Source of the DNA: Octopus bimaculoides
Lineage: Eukaryota
Length of the DNA: 64,000 nt
Assembly (NCBI RefSeq): GCF_001194135.2
Contig: NC_068987.1
Location: 49,228,706 to 49,292,705 of the forward strand
Direction: 5' to 3'
The notes under the pieces: generated by a model
Seen by the model: only the letters and a program-made list of their open reading frames with translations
Databases searched by the model: none
Told to the model about the DNA's origin: nothing
Part shown: piece by piece, positions 36,696 to 49,450 of the stretch
Layout of the letters: each line of letters begins with the position of its first letter
How positions within the stretch are numbered: the first letter of the stretch is position 1
Position numbers and translations under genes: made by a program

Positions 36696-37125
36696 AATAA
36701 GTTGTTTTTAATGGTGGAACTTGAAGTAAATAAAGATATCAATAAGGTGTAGAATGCTGGATTAAAAACCTCATGGATGTAAAAAAAAAAAAAAAAAAAA
36801 GTTGAAGGCTGCCCATGGGGCTCAAACCCACATCTTCTATAAGCATGACCGTTGTTCAGTCATATCAAAGCAACCCCTTGAATTTTTTCCATCCATTTTT
36901 GAGAATAATATGTTGCTTACATCTTAATAATTTAGAAAATTTGAGAGTTATGAAATAAATCATTTTTAGTTGTAGAACTCAAAGCTGACAATGCTATAAA
37001 TAATAGCATGTAGGTAACCTTCAGCTTCAACTTCTTTCATCCAAGGGGCTTTTTAACATAACATTCTATACACTATTATTTATAACTTTATCTACTTGAA
37101 GTTACATCATTAGAAATAACTTATT
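36696..37125. repeat. Imperfect inverted repeat (36696-36810 / 37019-37125), MITE-like, in the last intron
   Basis: AATAAGTTGTTTTTAATGGTGGAACTTGAAGTAAATAAAG... pairs with ...CTTTATCTACTTGAAGTTACATCATTAGAAATAACTTATT. Confidence 0.7.
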
Positions 37126-37519
37126 AAAAATATGTTTTGCTATGTATTAGTATTTATACATATGCAAACAGACACACATACAGATGCATGCATATACACA
37201 TGCACATCGTTTGTTTTATATCTGTTTTACCACAGCAGGGTTTTGATGAGCACATTGTTTCTTTGCAGCTAGATGCCCTTCCTGACACTGACTGCTTTTT
37301 ATGCAAGGGAAGATTTTTTATTCTACTTATTTTTAAAAATGCAGAGTTGAAGGATGATTTGTTAACAGGGAATACTGACAAACATCGGTGTTTTTAGCTC
37401 AATGTGCGAAAGTGTAGAACATAAACATCACACAGACATATGCATTCACACATATGTACAACTGAACACAATTGTAATAAATTTGTAGAATTAATTACCA
37501 TTTCCCCTGTATTCTCTTT

Positions 37520-37830
37520 GTATTTTTCCTGACCATGCTACCAGGTATCCTTACACATCACTACTCACAAAGCATTTCCATTCTTCCCTTAATTACACCC
37601 TTCTCTTCAATTTGGGACCAAATTCTTTGTCATTTTCCCATAATCTTCAAGATTTTCCCATTATCTTCAAGATCTTCCAAGTGGTCTCTTCTGATAACTT
37701 GGATACCACTTAACAACTGCACTGGTCCACCTTTTGTCCATGAAGCTTGCCAGTCATCTAGCTTAGACGAGCTTGTGCTTTGCTACTTCATGATCACATT
37801 GTTTGCTCTACTCCAGTCTTGAATTACCTC
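37520..37830 (-). mobile_element. Old RTE/BovB-like LINE C-terminal relic
   Basis: Minus strand reads DKRWTSAVVKWYPSYQKRPLGR, matching the D.RWT..V..W.P...KRP.GRP pattern. Confidence 0.55.
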
Positions 37831-37932
37831 ATTTCACATTCTAATGATGACAAAGAATTATGAATAGCACCCACTGCCACCAAACAAAAACTCCAGAAAA
37901 CAAAAAAAAAATAATAGAAACATGCTTTTTAC

Positions 37933-38029
37933 CTATATACAGGTACAGCAACCATGTCAGGGCCTGGTGCTTGAGCATGACGCCGTGCATGAGTTTCACA
38001 ATACAATTTTGAATCAATAACAAAATATC
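37933..38029 (-). CDS. PDLIM3-like: PDZ-LIM (ALP/Zasp family) exon: C-terminal part of the LIM domain and tail
   Basis: Acceptor TTTTTTCTCTCTTTCCAG, donor AG|GTAAAA, 97 nt, phase 1 to 2. Encodes (G)YFVIDSKLYCETHARRHAQAPGPDMVAVPVY(R), close to the PDLIM3 GYF...LYCETHAR...P.G...V..Y pattern as I recall it. Confidence 0.92.
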
Positions 38030-38325
38030 CTGGAAAGAGAGAAAAAAGATGCATCAGTACCTGAATGCATATACCAATGTATATATACATGCTATATCCA
38101 TGTACACACACACAAACACACACACAGACACACACACACACTCACACACATGCACAAATACATACATATAGTTAGATACAAGTGTTTTTATATGAATGAG
38201 AAAAAGGAAGATTCATTGAATGAAGAACTCAATACATGCAGAGTCAAATATTGCCAACCTGGCATTGAGTGCTCTCATGTTTTATATAAAAATTTCACAC
38301 ATGTATGTATGTGTATAAATGAATA

Positions 38326-38394
<69 letters not shown>

Positions 38395-38769
38395 NNNNNN
38401 NNNNNNNNNNNNNNNNNNNNNNNNNNNNNNNNNNNNNNNNNNNNNNNNNNNNNNNNNNNNNNNNNNNNNNNNNNNNNNNNNNNNNNNNNNNNNNNNNNNN
38501 NNNNNNNNNNNNNNNNNNNNNNNNNNNNNNNNNNNNNNNNNNNNNNNNNNNNNNNNNNNNNNNNNNNNNNNNNNNNNNNNNNNNNNNNNNNNNNNNNNNN
38601 NNNNNNNNNNNNNNNNNNNNNNNNNNNNNNNNNNNNNNNNNNNNNNNNNNNNNNNNNNNNNNNNNNNNNNNNNNNNNNNNNNNNNNNNNNNNNNNNNNNN
38701 NNNNNNNNNNNNNNNNNNNNNNNTATATATATATATATATGTGCACATATATGTATGTATATATTTCTC

Positions 38770-38985
38770 TCTTTTTACGCCTGCTTTCCATGCTGTCATG
38801 AGTTGGACGGTTTGACTGAGAACTGGCAAGCTGGAAGGCTGCACCAGGCTCCAGTCCAATTTGGCAAGGTTTCTACAGCTGGATGCCCTTCCTAACACCA
38901 ACCACTCCAAGAATGTAGTCGGTGCTTTTACGTGCCACCAGCATGTGAGCCAGTCAGGCAGCACTGGCATCATCCACGCTCATGT
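38770..38985 (-). mobile_element. RTE-type 3' end
   Basis: Shared 3' UTR sequence. Confidence 0.7.
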
Positions 38986-41458
38986 ACATATATATGCACA
39001 TATATGTATGTATTTATGCATATGAATGTGTACACACACACACATGTGTGTGTGTGTGTGTACATTATCATTACCAACGCCGCCTCCCTTTATCTCTGAT
39101 AATTTTCACTTACCATAATCATCTGAGAGCTGAGTAGGCACATTCTACGCCCATTCCCAGAATCATTTCCATTCCTCGTTATATTTCTCCATCCATGCTT
39201 TCTCTTCTCTGCTATACTCCATCCTTAATACCTCTTTCATCTCCTATCTCTTCCAATGCCCTCATATATCTAACATAACCCCTCCTCCCCCTTCAATTAC
39301 TACAGCCACCTCTATCTCATCTAATCATCTCACTTCACATTCCTATGAAAGTTTGACCCCCCCCCCCCACGTCCATTCACCCAGTCCAATCCTCTGTATC
39401 ATTTCACCTATATATTCCCTCCCACTGTACCACTCCCTCCATCTCTGTCTTTTTCTCTAAGTCTCCTTCTTCCTTCTCCTCCAACTGGAGATATCCTTGT
39501 ATCTCTTCTACAACAAGATACCTATCTTTATCCTTCCATTATTCTTTTAGCCTTATCAACTGACACAAAGTCACCTCCCTCAATACTACTCCCCCTACTC
39601 AAGGGGACCTTTGTATTCTCTGACTCTGCTGGTGTTGGTGCCATGAAAAAGCACCCAGTACACTCTAAATGACAATGATGATGAATTTTGGAAACAAAAT
39701 ATAATTGATAGGGTATCATAATGAAAAGAATATAGTCAATGCAACCAACCATTTTGAATAAATTCATATTAAACATGCAAAACTGAAACAAGAAGCAAAA
39801 GAAAAATATTGATATTAACCTTTCATTGATATCAACCTTTCATTGATATTAACCTTTCTGATACCAACCTGGTCATGACCACCCCTCATCCTATGGCACG
39901 AACTTCCTGTTTTGACATGATTTATATTAAAAACTTCCATCAAAATTTCATGTCAATTTATGTCCCAAACACCAGCTTAGTTAGGACAAAGTTATTTTAC
40001 TAAATGCTTTATTATTTTCTAACTTAATTGAAGTAAAAGCAGAGGATTTCAACAGAAATATGGTAACAGAAGGGTCAATAATCACTTACAACCAAATTTG
40101 TCTTTCAAAGGCTCATCTAGTTAGTCATTTAAGTTGACATCATCATCATAATTTTAGCATCCTTATATGTCTGACTGAATTCACTGAGACAGATTTTCTA
40201 TGGCTTGATGCCCTTACCAACCCTCACCTGTTTCCAAGTAAGGTAAGATTTCCTCATAGTTAGACATATTTTCACAGAATATTGGATACTACTTTTATGA
40301 TAATGACACTTGTTTATAATTAGTTTGTGACGCCAAAACAAGGAGATACTAACACACACACACATGTACTATGGGCTTTCTTTTAGTTTCCGTTGATTAA
40401 GTCCACTTACAAGGCTTTCATCACCCACAGTTATACTTGAAGACATTTTCCCAAGGTTCCATGCAGTAGGACTGAACCTGAAACCATGTGGTTGAGAAGA
40501 GAACGCCTTAACCACACAGCTATGCCTTTTGACATGAAATCCAAGATGTCACTCACAAACAAGTATAATGTTATAACATGTACCATACTTTCACTCATTG
40601 GTTTAGGTGCTTGTGTATTAGTCATAAACAGATGTGACACTCTCTCAGCTCTCTTTCATTTGGCTCAGTGGAATACTGATGTGACAGCTGGTAAAAGAAA
40701 GAATGACATCAGGACTTAACTGGTAGTCATTTTCATCTGAATAGACAGGAGCAATGGGAAATGAAGTGCCTAGCTCAAGGGCACAACAAGAGCACTCAAT
40801 CTTATGATTGTGAGCCCAACACCCTAACCACTTGGCAATGGCACCTTCACATGAATCAAAATAAATTAACAGTGGATCATTATCATCTGAAAGTACATAT
40901 GTCTACCAATCATGTTACAAACATCTTTCTGTTTGTAGTCTAAAGAGACTGATGTCTGTACACTATACCAATTGTTGTGATTCTGCATTGCATTTAACTG
41001 AGAGGAGACATGTAATTGTTTCAGTAAAAGTCATCTTCACTTTGTAGCTCTTTAAGCCTTTTCTTACAATATTTCTATTGAAATACACTGCTTTTCTTTC
41101 AATTAATTTTTAAAATATGAAAAAATTTAATAAAATAACTGTCCTTATTAACTTGGTGTTTGGGACATAACATGGAATCTTGCTGAAAGGTTAATTTAGA
41201 TCACTTTTAAACAAGAAGTTTCTATAATTGAACTGAAGATGGTTGCAGGTGGGTTGGTATTGAAAGGGTTAAGAAGCAAGTTGTACTCCTTATTGAGCCA
41301 ACTGTGTGTGTGTGTGTGTGTGCGCGCGCGCTGTAATGCTGTTAATGCTGTAATGGACTAGCATCTTGTCCAGGAGAAACCTTCAAGGGTAGGTTAGAGA
41401 ATGCGTGATATTTCATTTTCAGTAGAGAAAAGCTATCAAGATATGCTAAGTTGCCTGG

Positions 41459-41506
<48 letters not shown>

Positions 41507-42528
41507 TACACGCACAAAATAAATGTTTAACAAGAAAATGAAAAGATGATCATATGATAATTCACAACCAACCAAACAAACATGATGTCTATAGTTTTAA
41601 TGNNNNNNNNNNNNNNNNNNNNNNNNNNNNNNNNNNNNNNNNNNNNNNNNNNNNNNNNNNNNNNNNNNNNNNNNNNNNNNNNNNNNNNNNNNNNNNNNNN
41701 NNNNNNNNNNNNNNNNNNNNNNNNNNNNNNNNNNNNNNNNNNNNNNNNNNNNNNNNNNNNNNNNNNNNNNNNNNNNNNNNNNNNNNNNNNNNNNNNNNNN
41801 NNNNNNNNNNNNNNNNNNNNNNNNNNNNNNNNNNNNNNNNNNNNNNNNNNNNNNNNNNNNNNNNNNNNNNNNNNNNNNNNNNNNNNNNNNNNNNNNNNNN
41901 NNNNNNNNNNNNNNNNNNNNNNNNNNNNNNNNNNNNNNNNNNNNNNNNNNNNNNNNNNNNNNNNNNNNNNNNNNNNNNNNNNNNNNNNNNNNNNNNNNNN
42001 NNNNNNNNNNNNNNNNNNNNNNNNNNNNNNNNNNNNNNNNNNNNNNNNNNNNNNNNNNNNNNNNNNNNNNNNNNNNNNNNNNNNNNNNNNNNNNNNNNNN
42101 NNNNNNNNNNNNNNNNNNNNNNNNNNNNNNNNNNNNNNNNNNNNNNNNNNNNNNNNNNNNNNNNNNNNNNNNNNNNNNNNNNNNNNNNNNNNNNNNNNNN
42201 NNNNNNNNNNNNNNNNNNNNNNNNNNNNNNNNNNNNNNNNNNNNNNNNNNNNNNNNNNNNNNNNNNNNNNNNNNNNNNNNNNNNNNNNNNNNNNNNNNNN
42301 NNNNNNNNNNNNNNNNNNNNNNNNNNNNNNNNNNNNNNNNNNNNNNNNNNNNNNNNNNNNNNNNNNNNNNNNNNNNNNNNNNNNNNNNNNNNNNNNNNNN
42401 NNNNNNNNNNNNNNNNNNNNNNNNNNNNNNNNNNNNNNNNNNNNNNNNNNNNNNNNNNNNNNNNNNNNNNNNNNNNNNNNNNNNNNNNNNNNNNNNNNNN
42501 NNNNNNNNNNNNNNNNNNNNNNNNNNNN

Positions 42529-43500
42529 CATAGCTGAAAGAACTGCTTGTGATTGGTATGCCAAGTTCAAAAATGGAAATTTTGACCTCAAAGACACACC
42601 TCCTTCTGGCCGTCCAGTTGAGTTCGATGAAGAGTGATTAAACCAACTTTTGCACAAAAATTCTCGTCAAACAACAAGGGAACTGGCAAAGAAAATGGAA
42701 TGCTCCCACACTGCTATAGAGAAGCATCTTCACTCGATGGGAAAGGTTCAGAAGAAGTATGGAGCATGGGTTCTGCATGCTTTAAGTGACAACAACAAAA
42801 ATCAACAAGCCACAATCTCCGCTGGTTTGCTTGCTTGTCACTGCTCAACTCATGTACACAAACAACGGTTTCTTTACCAAATTGTTACTGGCAACGAAAA
42901 ATGGTGCCTGTACATCAATATCAAACAGTGTAAAGAATGGCTTAGCCCTGGTAAACAAGCAACACCGCGTGTGAAACAAGATCTTCATCAGCGTAAAATG
43001 ATGTTGTGCGTATGGTGGAACTAAGAAGGGATTATCCATTACGAATTGCTTGAACGGAACCAAACAGTCAATGTGGAACTCTATCTATGTTCAACAGATG
43101 GAATGACTATTCAAGAGAAAAGACCTAATCGGCAGCATGGAGTTTTTCTTCTGCACAACAACGCCCGCCTTCATATCGCTAATATGACCAAGGAAGCCAT
43201 TCAAACGCATGGCTGGGAAGTGCTGCCACACCCGCCGTACCCTCCTGATTTGGCACCAATGGATTTCCACCTCTTTCGATCTCTTTCAAATGCTATGCGC
43301 AGAGTTTCGTTCAATACTGATGCAGAACTGAGAGCTTGGTTGGATCAATTTTTCGAGTCAAAATCGGGTGATTTCTACTAACGAGGTATTGAAAATCTTG
43401 TTGAATGTTGGTAAGAAGTTGTAAACAATAAGAGTGAATACATTATTGATTAATTAGTTGTTATTTTTTATTAAACCTTTTAAAAAATTTAAATTTAAAC
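42529..43500 (+). mobile_element. mariner transposase pseudogene (D,D34D type), 5' part lost in the gap
   Basis: SGRPVEFD, YGAWVLHAL (WVPHEL), IVTGNEKW, LHNNARLH, HPPYPPDLAPMDFHLFRSL; stops and frameshifts. Confidence 0.92.
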
Positions 43501-43534
43501 AAAACGGCATTTGATCTGATATTCTCATTGTTCT

Positions 43535-43685
43535 ACCAATCCACCACCTTGGATAGGTACATTTTTATTGACCCTGAAAGGATAAAAGGAAAAGTTGACT
43601 TTGGTAGGATTTGAACTCAAAGTGTCAGAACAAATACCATGTAGCATTCTATCCAAAGCTCTGATGACACTGCTAATTCACAGTC
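43535..43685 (-). mobile_element. SINE family A (diverged)
   Basis: GGTACATTTTTATTGACCCTGAAAGGATAAAAGG...TTTGAACTCA. Confidence 0.7.
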
Positions 43686-43744
43686 ACTATCTGGATATGT
43701 ACATGCAGGAATGTCCAAGAAAGGCTTAGAAAGAAATTACTTAC

Positions 43745-43871
43745 GTAACAAGCATATCACATCCTCCACAGCGCATATGTTGAATCTGTTGTTGTTGCTT
43801 CTGAACAGCATCGAAATCAGTCTTTGGGGCACAGACTGAACGGAAACCAGAAGGCATGTCTTTGGCAATGG
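43745..43871 (-). CDS. PDLIM3-like: PDZ-LIM (ALP/Zasp family) exon: SGFRSV motif and first LIM cysteine pair
   Basis: Acceptor CTTGCTTTCATTACAG, donor AC|GTAAGT, 127 nt, phase 1 to 2. Encodes IAKDMPSGFRSVCAPKTDFDAVQKQQQQIQHMRCGGCDMLV(T); an RSV.AP motif precedes the LIM domain in ALP-family proteins. Confidence 0.9.
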
Positions 43872-44045
43872 CTGTAATGAAAGCAAGTATATTGAATGCT
43901 AAAATATTGTTGAATAATAAAATAATAACTGAATGTTTCATACTGAATGATACAAAATTAGAATTGGGGCACATATGATTGTGTGCATGCATATGTGTGT
44001 GCGTAAGTAGACAGAACTATATACACACACACATAAATATTTATG

Positions 44046-44079
<34 letters not shown>

Positions 44080-44652
44080 TATAGATATATAGATATAGAT
44101 AGATAGATAGATAGCTAAACAGAGAGAGATAAAAAAGTATATAGATTTAGATGTACATATATAAGTGTATACGTAAATATATATTTATGAGTGGCTCATT
44201 AGATTCATGCACACATACATACCATGCATACATATGTACATAGTTTAAAGTATACATTTATTAAATTATAATGAAACATGTATATAATTATACACACATA
44301 CACAACATATATATACTCACACACAACAGGCTTCTTTATAGTTTCCATCTAACAAATATAGAAAGGTTAGCCTGGTCAGGGTTATAGCTGAAAGCACTTG
44401 CCCAAGGTGTCATGCAGTGGGAACTGACCAAAAAATCACATGGTTTCAAAGTAAACTTCTTAAACAATGGCTGTGCCTGCACCTAACATTAATGGCGAAA
44501 CTGGGTATAGCTTGGGTTTATATTGAAAAACACAGATACATTCGCGCACACACACATATCAATATGTATAGCCAAGCTTCTACTGCACCAAATGCTTTGT
44601 CAGTGAATTTATTAGATGGAAACTGTACAGAAAACCATTCTATATATGTTTA

Positions 44653-44714
<62 letters not shown>

Positions 44715-46947
44715 CATACATATATACATACATATATACATACATATATACATACATACATATATACATACATACATACACACACACACATAAATACATA
44801 TAGTGTAAATACAATGAACAATGAAACAGACAACACAAGAAGAACAAAGTTTGATAAATATGGTATTAGCTGGAAAGAGAAAGTATCTTAATTAGTTCTC
44901 TTATTGAAGTAAAGATGTGAGAAGTTTGAGGTAGTGAAAAAAATTGATAAAGTGTTAGAAATCGAGTGGCTGTCTTGTTCAATGTGGGGTGGAATTAAAA
45001 AAAGAGAAAGGGACAGGTGTTTAGATGTGTCCACAAGTATAAGAGATGAGTAGAGATGTATGTGTGTATATGCATATGCAAGTGAACAGTGTGAATGTAT
45101 GGAGGAGGATGAGTCAATGGGGGAAGGGGTACATGTGTACGTAAAAATTGTGTTAGAGTCTTGATGTGTAAATATTGGAATGGTGAGGGGGTAAGATGTA
45201 GATAGTGGGGATGGTGTGAATGGGGGTGAGACACAGGTAGAGATGTGGAAGAAAAGGGGAGGGAAGTAAGAGGAATAGTTGTGTAATTCCAGAGTAGGAA
45301 GTGCAAGTTAGGAAAAGTGAGATGATGAATTTAGACCAAAGGGCATGTACATTGGGAGGAAAAAGATAAGTTCTGTTCCCTCTGAAAGTGAGAAACAGGT
45401 AAACCACTGCTAAGTTGGATGTCCCTGAGATACATTCTGCAAACCTGTCAGCCTACACACACACACATACAATAAGCATGGTTGTGTGGTTGAGAAATTT
45501 GCTTCATAACTTAAGCAATTGAATTTGGGTTCAGCCCCACTGCTCAACACTGCGAGCAAGCATCTTCTTAGCCCTGGGCTAGTCAGAGCCTTGTGAGAGA
45601 ATTCTGTGGACAGAAACTGAAAGAAGCCCATCAGATATATATATATATATATATACATAAACACACACATGTATCTGTGTGGGTATGCATGTATGTTTGT
45701 GTGAATGTTTGCAAAACAACTTGAGCTACAGGTACAATGACATCCCCATTTGCAGTTTATGTAGAAGCTGTGACATCATTGTTTGTGATTGGGTTGCAGC
45801 TGGTCAAGTTTGTTGACATTTCCTGTCAACAAAATTGTCTGCTATCTCTGTACTCTTGAATTCCTCCACAACTCAAAAAACAGGAAAAGGATGGCAACAG
45901 GAAGTACATTTGGCCATAAAATTTACTTCTACTTAAATCATACAGCACAGAAAACATGTAAAGTTGGGGCTAACAAACTGAATGGAATGGTAGATATTGT
46001 AATTAATCAGCCCCAGTACATTACAAGTACTTTATTTATTGACCTTTGACCCACTCACCTCATACCTTGAGGGACCACCCAGACATCTCATCACCATTTT
46101 TCTACCTCTTCAGCACCACTGATCATTCTCACCCTCTCTTCTAAAATGTGGAAAGTCACATTTAGTCCTCCATAGTAAGAAACCTACTCTGCTCTTCTTC
46201 CTTCTCACATACTTTAACTCTTCATTTCCTAGCATAAAGCCACCCACCTTCACCCCTGCTGCAGGATTCATAGTCTTGTAAGCTGATTGGTAGTCAGCAT
46301 GGAGCATGAATGTTAAATGATAATGATGATGATTCCAAAAGGATGAAAAGCAAATATGACTTCTGTGAGATTTGAACATTGAATGTAGAGATCCAAAATG
46401 ATTGCCTCATAACAATTTATCCAATGCTCCACTGACACTGCCAAATGACTACCTTATTAGCTAATATCCCTGATATAGACCAAACAAACTATGAAAGCAG
46501 CCTCTTCTACTTTAACTAACAAATAAGACAAATTATCAATCAATATTTTACACAAAACATGCAATATATGTTACTTAAGTCCACAAGAAAAGGAATGAAT
46601 GTGACACTGTTTTGTTCCTCTTCTCCAATCATAAAACTGGCTGTGTATCTATATGGCTCTCTGTCAGGTACAATGATGAGTGTTCCACTTGATTCGATCA
46701 ACTGAACAGTCTTTCCTGTTTGTTTTTCTTTTATTTGTTTCAGTCATTTGACTGCAGCGCCACCTTGAGTTGAACAAATTGACCCCAGGATTTATTCTTT
46801 GTAAGCCTGGTACTTATTCTATTGGTTTCTTTTGCCAAACCACTAAATTACAGGGATACAAACACACCAACATCAGTTGTCAAGCAATGGTGGTGTGGGA
46901 CAGACACAGACACACACACACATATATATATGTGTGTGTGTGTGTGT

Positions 46948-47197
46948 ATCATCATCATCATCGCTTAATGTCCACTTTCCATGTTGGCATGGATTGGATG
47001 GTTTGACTGAGGACTCACGAGCCAGATGGCTGCACCAGGCTACAATCTGATATGGCAGAGTTTCTACAGCTGGATGCCCTTCCTAATGCCAACCACTCCG
47101 GGAGTGTAGTGGGTGCTTTTACGTGCCACCAGCATGAGGGCCAGTCAGGCGGTAGTGGCAACGGCCACGCTCAAATGGTGATTTTTTACATGCCACC
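46948..47197 (-). mobile_element. RTE-type 3' end nested in the microsatellite of a B/C SINE
   Basis: (CAT)n tail at 46948-46962 plus the shared 3' UTR. Confidence 0.8.
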
Positions 47198-48228
47198 TAG
47201 ACAGCTGCAGGAGAAATACCTAGCCAAAGATAAACCTCTGTACCTGGCTTTTGTTGACATGGAGAAAGCCTTTGACAGGGTCCCCCGATCCCTTATCTGG
47301 TGGTCAATGACGAAACTAGGGATAGATGAATGGTTAATGAGAGCTGTGCAAGCCATGTACAGGGACGCTGTCAGTAAGGTGAGGGTTGACAACAAGTACA
47401 GTGAAGAATTCCAGGTAGAGGTAGGGGTCCACCAAGGTTCAGTCCTCAGCCCCCTCCTATTTATCATAGTCCTCTAGGCAATAACAGAAGAATTCAAGAC
47501 AGGATGCNNNNNNNNNNNNNNNNNNNNNNNNNNNNNNNNNNNNNNNNNNNNNNNNNNNNNNNNNNNNNNNNNNNNNNNNNNNNNNNNNNNNNNNNNNNNN
47601 NNNNNNNNNNNNNNNNNNNNNNNNNNNNNNNNNNNNNNNNNNNNNNNNNNNNNNNNNNNNNNNNNNNNNNNNNNNNNNNNNNNNNNNNNNNNNNNNNNNN
47701 NNNNNNNNNNNNNNNNNNNNNNNNNNNNNNNNNNNNNNNNNNNNNNNNNNNNNNNNNNNNNNNNNNNNNNNNNNNNNNNNNNNNNNNNNGTACCCAGTGT
47801 AAGCTATGGACACATAAGAGGTGCAGCAATATCAAAGGAAGGCTAACTAGGAAGATAGTTTTTGTATGTGGCAGATGCGCAGGAGCAATAAATACTGAAA
47901 ATGTGCAGAGAACAACTTCTGCCACATTCCAGGGAGAAAAACTAGAAGTAGTTGATAGCTTCTGTTACCTAGGTGAAGTAGTTGATAGCTTCTGTTACCT
48001 AGGTGACCAAGTCAGTAGCAAGGGTGGGTGCTCTGAAAGTGTAGCTGCTAGAATAAGAATAGCCTGGGCAAAGTTCAGAGAGCTCCTACCTCTGCTGGTG
48101 ACAAAGGGCTTCTCGCTCAGAGTAAAAGGTAGACTTTATAACACATGTAGACTGTAAAAGGTAAACTGTATGACACATGTAGCCATGCTACATGGCAGTG
48201 AAACATGGGCCATGACTGCTGAGGACAT
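47198..48228 (+). mobile_element. RTE-type LINE reverse-transcriptase fragment with embedded PHD-like finger
   Basis: RQLQEKY...AFVDMEKAFDRVPR...GVHQGSVLSPLLF, gap, TQCKLWTHKRCS...FVCGRC, EKLEVVDSFCYLG, MLHGSETW; exact 30-bp tandem duplication at 47945-48004. Confidence 0.92.
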
Positions 48229-48500
48229 TTTATTTTGCATTATGTATCTATATAAGAAATGAATATATGACAACGATATCTACACGGAAAGGTATGAATG
48301 TTGCACTCTCATGTGTCATCTTTTAAATTCATGACTATGTATCTTTATAAGAAATGACTACAGGTTATTTCTCCAAGAAAGGATGGTACAAATCTTTAGA
48401 AGAAGGACACAAGTATAATATTTTGTTTTAAATAGATGTCCTCAGTATCCAAATACACGCCCAACACCTACACACACACACATATATATTCATTGTGTGA

Positions 48501-48538
<38 letters not shown>

Positions 48539-49450
48539 CAATTGTTTTTCCTAATAAATTTCTCAAACATAACAGTTTTAAGGTCACAGATTAGGAACTC
48601 TTTGTAATTAAAACAAAATTAACATAGTCTGAGTAGTTTATATATGAACTGCTAATGTCTTTTAGCAATTTACTATTAGAAGAAAAATGTATAAAATATC
48701 TTTAAATGCATTTGTACTACAATTTTCAAATGAATTTTAACAAAGTGTCTGTAAGAGAAAATGCATGGAATGTGGTGAAATATAAGCAAAAGCCATATAA
48801 ACAGGTTACAAGAAAATAGTATAGCTGTAAAAATGAAAGAAGTTTGTTAATTTTAGCAACAGGAAATCATCAAAATATTAAACAGAGTGTGGCAAAAAAG
48901 CCACCCAGATTAATCATTCTTGATAAACACTTGAACAGTAAGTGCATGGTGTACACTGATACAAACCATGAGAATTACTAAAAGAAAATGATAAAACATT
49001 AAGTACACGGAGACAGCATTACCACCTGTCTAACTTCACAAGTGCATCACAAATAGTTGTGTAAGTTATAGGACTTTTTTCTATTGTACCCTGTAATACT
49101 GGAAAATTTCTCAAGTATCAGCAGAAATTGTAACATTGTAGAAGTTTTTATCATTGCTTTGTATGTTGAGATTCCAATTTAAAAAAAAAAAAAAAAAGAA
49201 ATAAGAAAATCATAAATGTTATAAATGTACAAGTATGTAATAATACAAAATTATAGACCAATACATAAGCAGGTGTAACATCATTTAATATCCATTTTTC
49301 CATGTTTGCATGGGTACAAAACTTGTTGAGGCAGATTTTCTATAGTTAGATGCCCCACCTGTCACCAACTTTCATCTGGTTCGAAGCTTAGTAATATTTT
49401 CCCCACAGTCAGAAAATGTTTTTCATGGAGGACTAGAAACAAACAATATT

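Noticed and set aside
46066-46140. 75-nt exon-like segment in a PDLIM intron (TTTTAG|...|GTATGA), a possible poison exon
   Set aside because: Stops in all three frames and no independent support; likely a cryptic site.
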